From the NCBI GenBank assembly GCA_018399855.1, contig JAGYNX010000001.1, positions 1-37,450 of the forward strand: a DNA stretch of 37,450 nt. Reading direction: 5' to 3'. This DNA is from Spirochaetota bacterium (GTDB lineage Bacteria; Spirochaetota; UBA4802; UB4802). Positions 32,111 to 37,450 of the stretch are shown one piece after another (the stretch's first letter is position 1; each line of letters begins with the position of its first letter). The translations under genes and the position numbers were made by a program. The notes below the pieces were generated by a model. It did no database searches. It was given only the letters and a program-made list of their open reading frames with translations, and was not told the DNA's origin.

Positions 32111-33727
32111 ATGAATTCTGTAATGTTAATACTGCTGGCCGTTGCGGCCTTCGTAGTGGCATATATATTTTACGGAAAGTTCATCGCCGTAAAACTTGGA
32201 ATTGATCCTTCGCGAAAAACACCCGCCCATACCATGAATGACGGGGTAGACTACGTTCCCGCCAGGGCACCCGTGCTGCTTGGTCACCATTTCGCCTCCA
32301 TCGCCGGGGCCGCCCCCATTATCGGGCCCATCGTGGCGGCTATTTTCGGCTGGATCCCGGTTGCAATATGGATACTTATCGGCGGGATTTTCATGGGGGC
32401 GGTTCATGATTTCTCAGCCCTTGTGGCATCGGTTCGGCATGAAGGACGATCCATCGGCGAGGTTATCGAAGAACAGATCGGCAGGAGGGGAAAACTGCTG
32501 TTTCTTATTTTCTCATGGTCGACCCTTATCCTGGTGGTGGCGGTTTTTATAATAGTGGTTTCCCGCACATTTGAAGAGATCCCCGCGGCGGCAAGTGCGT
32601 CATCACTGTTCATCCTGATCGCCCTGGTGTTCGGTCTTTTCCTTTACCGGATGAACCTCTCCCTGCCGGTTGCCACCATATTCGGGGTTCTTCTTCTTGC
32701 CGGCGCGTTGTACCTGGGGTACCTGTATCCCCTGCAGCTTTCGGCCCTCACCTGGACCTATATACTCATGGGGTACATATTCGTTGCTTCTGTTACTCCC
32801 GTGTGGATATTGCTGCAACCCCGGGATTACCTTAATTCATTTATTCTCTACGCCCTCCTGGGTCTGGGTATCACCGGCATCGTGGTTGTAAACCCTGAAT
32901 TGAAGATCCCCGCCTACACCAGCTTTCACGTGAAAGAACTGGGATACCTTTTTCCCATCCTTTTTGTCACGGTGGCCTGCGGGGCTATATCCGGGTTCCA
33001 CTCCCTTGTGGCTTCGGGAACCACTGCCAAGCAGCTGAACAACGAGAAAGACGCCCGCACGGTGGGCTATGGTGCCATGCTGATCGAGTCGGTTCTGGCA
33101 ATAGTTGCACTCATCACCGCTGCCATGCTGGTGAAAGAGAACTACATGGACATGCGTTCAAACCCGGTGGCCGTGTTCGCCCACAGTCTTGGCAACATTA
33201 TGACAAGTTTTGGTATACCCTATGACGCCGGTAAAACATTTTCTTCACTGGCAGTATCCGCCTTCGCGCTGACATCACTTGACACCGCAACCCGACTGGC
33301 ACGGTTTGCCCTGCAGGAATTTTTTCATGACCGAAACAAGCCCGATGAGAAACAGTCGCTGCTTTTCAGAAATCGTTACGCGGCCACCCTCATTGGTGTG
33401 CTGGTTGCCGGGGCGCTGGTGATCAGCGGACAGGGTTTGAAGATATGGCCCATATTCGGCGCGGCCAACCAGCTATTGGCTGCCCTGGCCCTGCTTGCGG
33501 TTACCGTGTGGCTTACCAGGCTGAAACGTGAAACATGGTTTGTGAAGATACCCATGGTGCTTATGTTCATCATTACCCTGAGTGCCCTTGCCGTCATGGT
33601 GATCCATGATATAACAACAGGAAACTTTCTGCTAGCGGCAGTTGCCGCAGTACTTTTTTTGCTGGCGGTATTTCTTGCTTACGAGGCGAAGCGAAGTCTT
33701 AAAGAATCAGCTAAGGAAACGGGGTAA
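32111..33727 (+). CDS. cstA: Carbon starvation protein CstA family transporter
   Basis: Track ORF trimmed to the ATG at 32111, after GGGGGAGG. DYVPARAPVLLGHHFASIAGAAPIIGPI is the CstA signature. About 14-16 TM segments. Confidence 0.85.
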   Translation: MNSVMLILLAVAAFVVAYIFYGKFIAVKLGIDPSRKTPAHTMNDGVDYVPARAPVLLGHHFASIAGAAPIIGPIVAAIFGWIPVAIWILIGGIFMGAVHDFSALVASVRHEGRSIGEVIEEQIGRRGKLLFLIFSWSTLILVVAVFIIVVSRTFEEIPAAASASSLFILIALVFGLFLYRMNLSLPVATIFGVLLLAGALYLGYLYPLQLSALTWTYILMGYIFVASVTPVWILLQPRDYLNSFILYALLGLGITGIVVVNPELKIPAYTSFHVKELGYLFPILFVTVACGAISGFHSLVASGTTAKQLNNEKDARTVGYGAMLIESVLAIVALITAAMLVKENYMDMRSNPVAVFAHSLGNIMTSFGIPYDAGKTFSSLAVSAFALTSLDTATRLARFALQEFFHDRNKPDEKQSLLFRNRYAATLIGVLVAGALVISGQGLKIWPIFGAANQLLAALALLAVTVWLTRLKRETWFVKIPMVLMFIITLSALAVMVIHDITTGNFLLAAVAAVLFLLAVFLAYEAKRSLKESAKETG

Positions 33728-33762
33728 TTCACCGAAAAGATACAAATCCATTATTTTCTATC

Positions 33763-33791
33763 TTGCCCCCGGCATGTTTCCCTGTTACAAT
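33763..33791 (+). promoter_or_regulatory. Putative sigma70-type promoter of the acd operon
   Basis: TTGCCC (33763-33768), a 17-nt spacer, then TACAAT (33786-33791). Lies 29 nt upstream of the ATG at 33820. Confidence 0.4.
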
Positions 33792-33819
33792 CTGGTAAAA
33801 GATATTCAGGGAGAACAGT

Positions 33820-35184
33820 ATGAAACTTGATACGTTGCTGCAGCCCGAATCGCTGGCCGTTGTGGGGGTATCTCTTTCAAATCCCTTCAACCCGGCCAAC
33901 GTTATTTTCCATAAGAATAACCTGCGTTATGATGCCCGAACCTATTGTGTGAATCCCCGGGGGGGTACACTTTTTGGCGACCCGGTTTACAAAAGCATCA
34001 GCCAGGTACCCGGAAAAATTGACTGCGCGGTGCTGAGCATACGGGCAGACCTCGTGCCTGCCGCCATTGAGGAATGCATTGAGAACGAGGTGGGTGGGGC
34101 CATCATCATATCCGGCGGGTTCGCCGAGACCGGTCGCACCGATTTGCAAGACCGGGTAACCGCGGTGGCACATGAACACAACTTTCCCGTAATTGGCCCC
34201 AACTGCCTGGGCATATTCTCCCCACCTGCCATCGATACTTTTTTTCTTCCATCTGAACGGCTAGTCACCCCCCGAAAAGGCAACGTGGCATTGCTAAGCC
34301 AGAGTGGGGGCATACTGGTTGACATGATGATCAAGCTCACCCAGGAGGGGGTGGGCATCTCGCGCACCGTCAGCATCGGCAACAAGGCGGTAATCGATGA
34401 AATAGACCTCCTTTTCTACCTTGACAGCGACCCCAAAACCAGCGTGATCGGCCTTTACCTTGAAGGCTTTTCGGAAGGACGGGGGCGTGACTTTGTCACC
34501 TTCATGGAACAGGCATCACGACCGGTTGTACTTCTGAAGGCCGGCAAGACCCCCGGTGGTTCACGGGCCGTCAGTTCACACACCGCATCCATTGCCGGCG
34601 ATTACCCGGTGTTTCGTGAAGTGATCCGCCAGAGCGGTGCCCTTGAGGCAGAAAACGAGGCCGAGTTCGTCTCGTACTGCGAATCTCTCTCATGCTGCAA
34701 CGAGGCAGCAGTTGAAAGGGTTTGCATCATTACCGCAAGTGGGGGCCATGGTGCCATGGCCTCAGACGGCTGTTTCAACGCGGGCATAGAAGTAGCACAG
34801 ATCCCAGACGATGATATCCAGGAGTTACAGCCCCAACTGTCCAAAAGTGTGCAGGCCATCGCCTCGTTGAACAATCCCATAGACCTCACCGGCAGCGCCG
34901 GAGACAATGACTTCTTCACCGCAACCCGTTTTTTCCTGGAAAAAGATTACGTGGATGCGGTAATTCTGCTTCTGCTGCCATACCTCCCGGCTATCAGCAC
35001 CGACATCGGCGCACGCATCGCCTCTGTGGCCATGCAGTACCAGAAGCCGGTTATCACCTACATGCCCCATGTAGACAGGTATGTCATGTTTATCGAGGGG
35101 TTTGAGTCAAACGGGCTGGCGGTGGCCCATTCGGTGGAAGGGGCGGTGCACATGGTGCGGGCCATGAACAGGAGGAAATCATGA
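33820..35184 (+). CDS. acdA: ADP-forming acetyl-CoA synthetase (NDP-forming acyl-CoA synthetase), alpha subunit
   Basis: CoA-binding N-terminus SLAVVGVS, CoA-ligase domain PVIGPNCLG, and the phosphohistidine loop RAVSSHTASIAGD. 454 aa, similar to archaeal alpha subunits. Confidence 0.8.
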   Translation: MKLDTLLQPESLAVVGVSLSNPFNPANVIFHKNNLRYDARTYCVNPRGGTLFGDPVYKSISQVPGKIDCAVLSIRADLVPAAIEECIENEVGGAIIISGGFAETGRTDLQDRVTAVAHEHNFPVIGPNCLGIFSPPAIDTFFLPSERLVTPRKGNVALLSQSGGILVDMMIKLTQEGVGISRTVSIGNKAVIDEIDLLFYLDSDPKTSVIGLYLEGFSEGRGRDFVTFMEQASRPVVLLKAGKTPGGSRAVSSHTASIAGDYPVFREVIRQSGALEAENEAEFVSYCESLSCCNEAAVERVCIITASGGHGAMASDGCFNAGIEVAQIPDDDIQELQPQLSKSVQAIASLNNPIDLTGSAGDNDFFTATRFFLEKDYVDAVILLLLPYLPAISTDIGARIASVAMQYQKPVITYMPHVDRYVMFIEGFESNGLAVAHSVEGAVHMVRAMNRRKS

Positions 35185-35863
35185 AGAAGCGAATACACGA
35201 ACTGCTGGAAAGGGCCCGAAATGTGGGATGGATGATGGAACCAGACGCGCGTGAACTTTTGAAGCTCTACAACCTGCCGGTTACAATGTTTCACTGGGTG
35301 CATACAAGGGAGGAGGCCCTGAAGGCCGCCGCCGATATAGGGTACCCGGTTGTCACAAAAATAGTGTCCCCTAAAATAATGCACAAGTCGGATGCCGGCG
35401 GCGTTCGGGTGGGAATCGGCAATGACGGGGAACTCTCACAGGCATACGATGATCTCTCCAGGCTGGAAGGCTTTGATGGTATAATCGTTGACCAGATGGC
35501 CCGCGGTACCGAACTCATCGTAGGGGCGAAACACGATCCACAATTCGGCATGGTAGTTCTCACCGGCATCGGTGGTACCGCCGTGGAAATATACAAGGAC
35601 GTGGCAATACGAATGGCACCCTTTTCAAATGATACCGCCCGGGAAGCTTTAACCTCACTCACTGGAAGTTCTCTTCTTACCGGGTATCGGGGCGGAGAAG
35701 CCGTAAACATGGAGAAGCTGGTACACCTGATGGTACATTTTTCAGAACTTGCGGTAGATCTTGAAAAAAACATTGAATCTATCGACCTTAATCCTGTAAT
35801 GTGTAACGCGAAAGAAGCACTTATCGCCGATGCGAGAATATTACTTAAAGAGGTACAGCATAC

Positions 35864-35867
<4 letters not shown>
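35181..35867 (+). CDS. acdB: ADP-forming acetyl-CoA synthetase, beta (ATP-grasp) subunit
   Basis: GYPVVTKIVSPKIMHKSDAGGVRVGI (second-His HKSD motif). 228 aa. ATGA overlap with the alpha subunit gene. Confidence 0.8.
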
Positions 35868-37449
<1,582 letters not shown>

Positions 37450-37450
37450 A

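Overview
This is a gene-dense chromosomal segment with about 36 CDS on both strands. I could not recognise any rRNA, tRNA, CRISPR array, transposase or integrase by eye. It comes from a diderm bacterium that I cannot place taxonomically from sequence alone.

Content from left to right:
- A translationally coupled operon of a FecR-domain protein, a small secreted protein and an OM beta-barrel (128-2688, minus strand).
- metF, an unknown polytopic membrane protein, and a CBS-domain family II pyrophosphatase.
- A VKOR-DsbA fusion, divergent from a 6-Cys small secreted protein.
- A pentaheme c-type cytochrome followed by a ccmABC(D)EF System I operon. Its CcmE carries Cys (CPSKY) where the canonical heme-binding His sits, and no ccmG/ccmH is present.
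- smpB, then a 299-nt non-coding gap holding a perfect 25-bp inverted repeat.
- An MrfA-like DExH helicase and MrfB-like DEDDh exonuclease pair, extended by a SAM methyltransferase and a membrane-anchored zinc-ribbon protein.
- pcm, mlaE, and the conserved rpsF-ssb-rpsR-DUF2232-rplI-dnaB block. S18 here has a ~106-aa repeat-containing N-terminal extension.
- A degenerate PilZ protein.
- An envelope cluster: secreted helical protein, amidase_3 with a large insertion, and HtrA.
- Glycerate kinase and cstA.
- A 4-nt-overlap operon of an archaeal-type two-subunit ADP-forming acetyl-CoA synthetase, a eukaryote-type UDP-sugar pyrophosphorylase, and argB (cut by the window end).

Most of the window is ordinary housekeeping. 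My best candidate for something not yet described is the four-gene helicase-exonuclease-methyltransferase-Zn-ribbon module with the adjacent inverted repeat (15076-19920). The second is the thiol-redox/cytochrome island (6494-14489). Neither can be shown to be novel without database and synteny searches that I cannot run.
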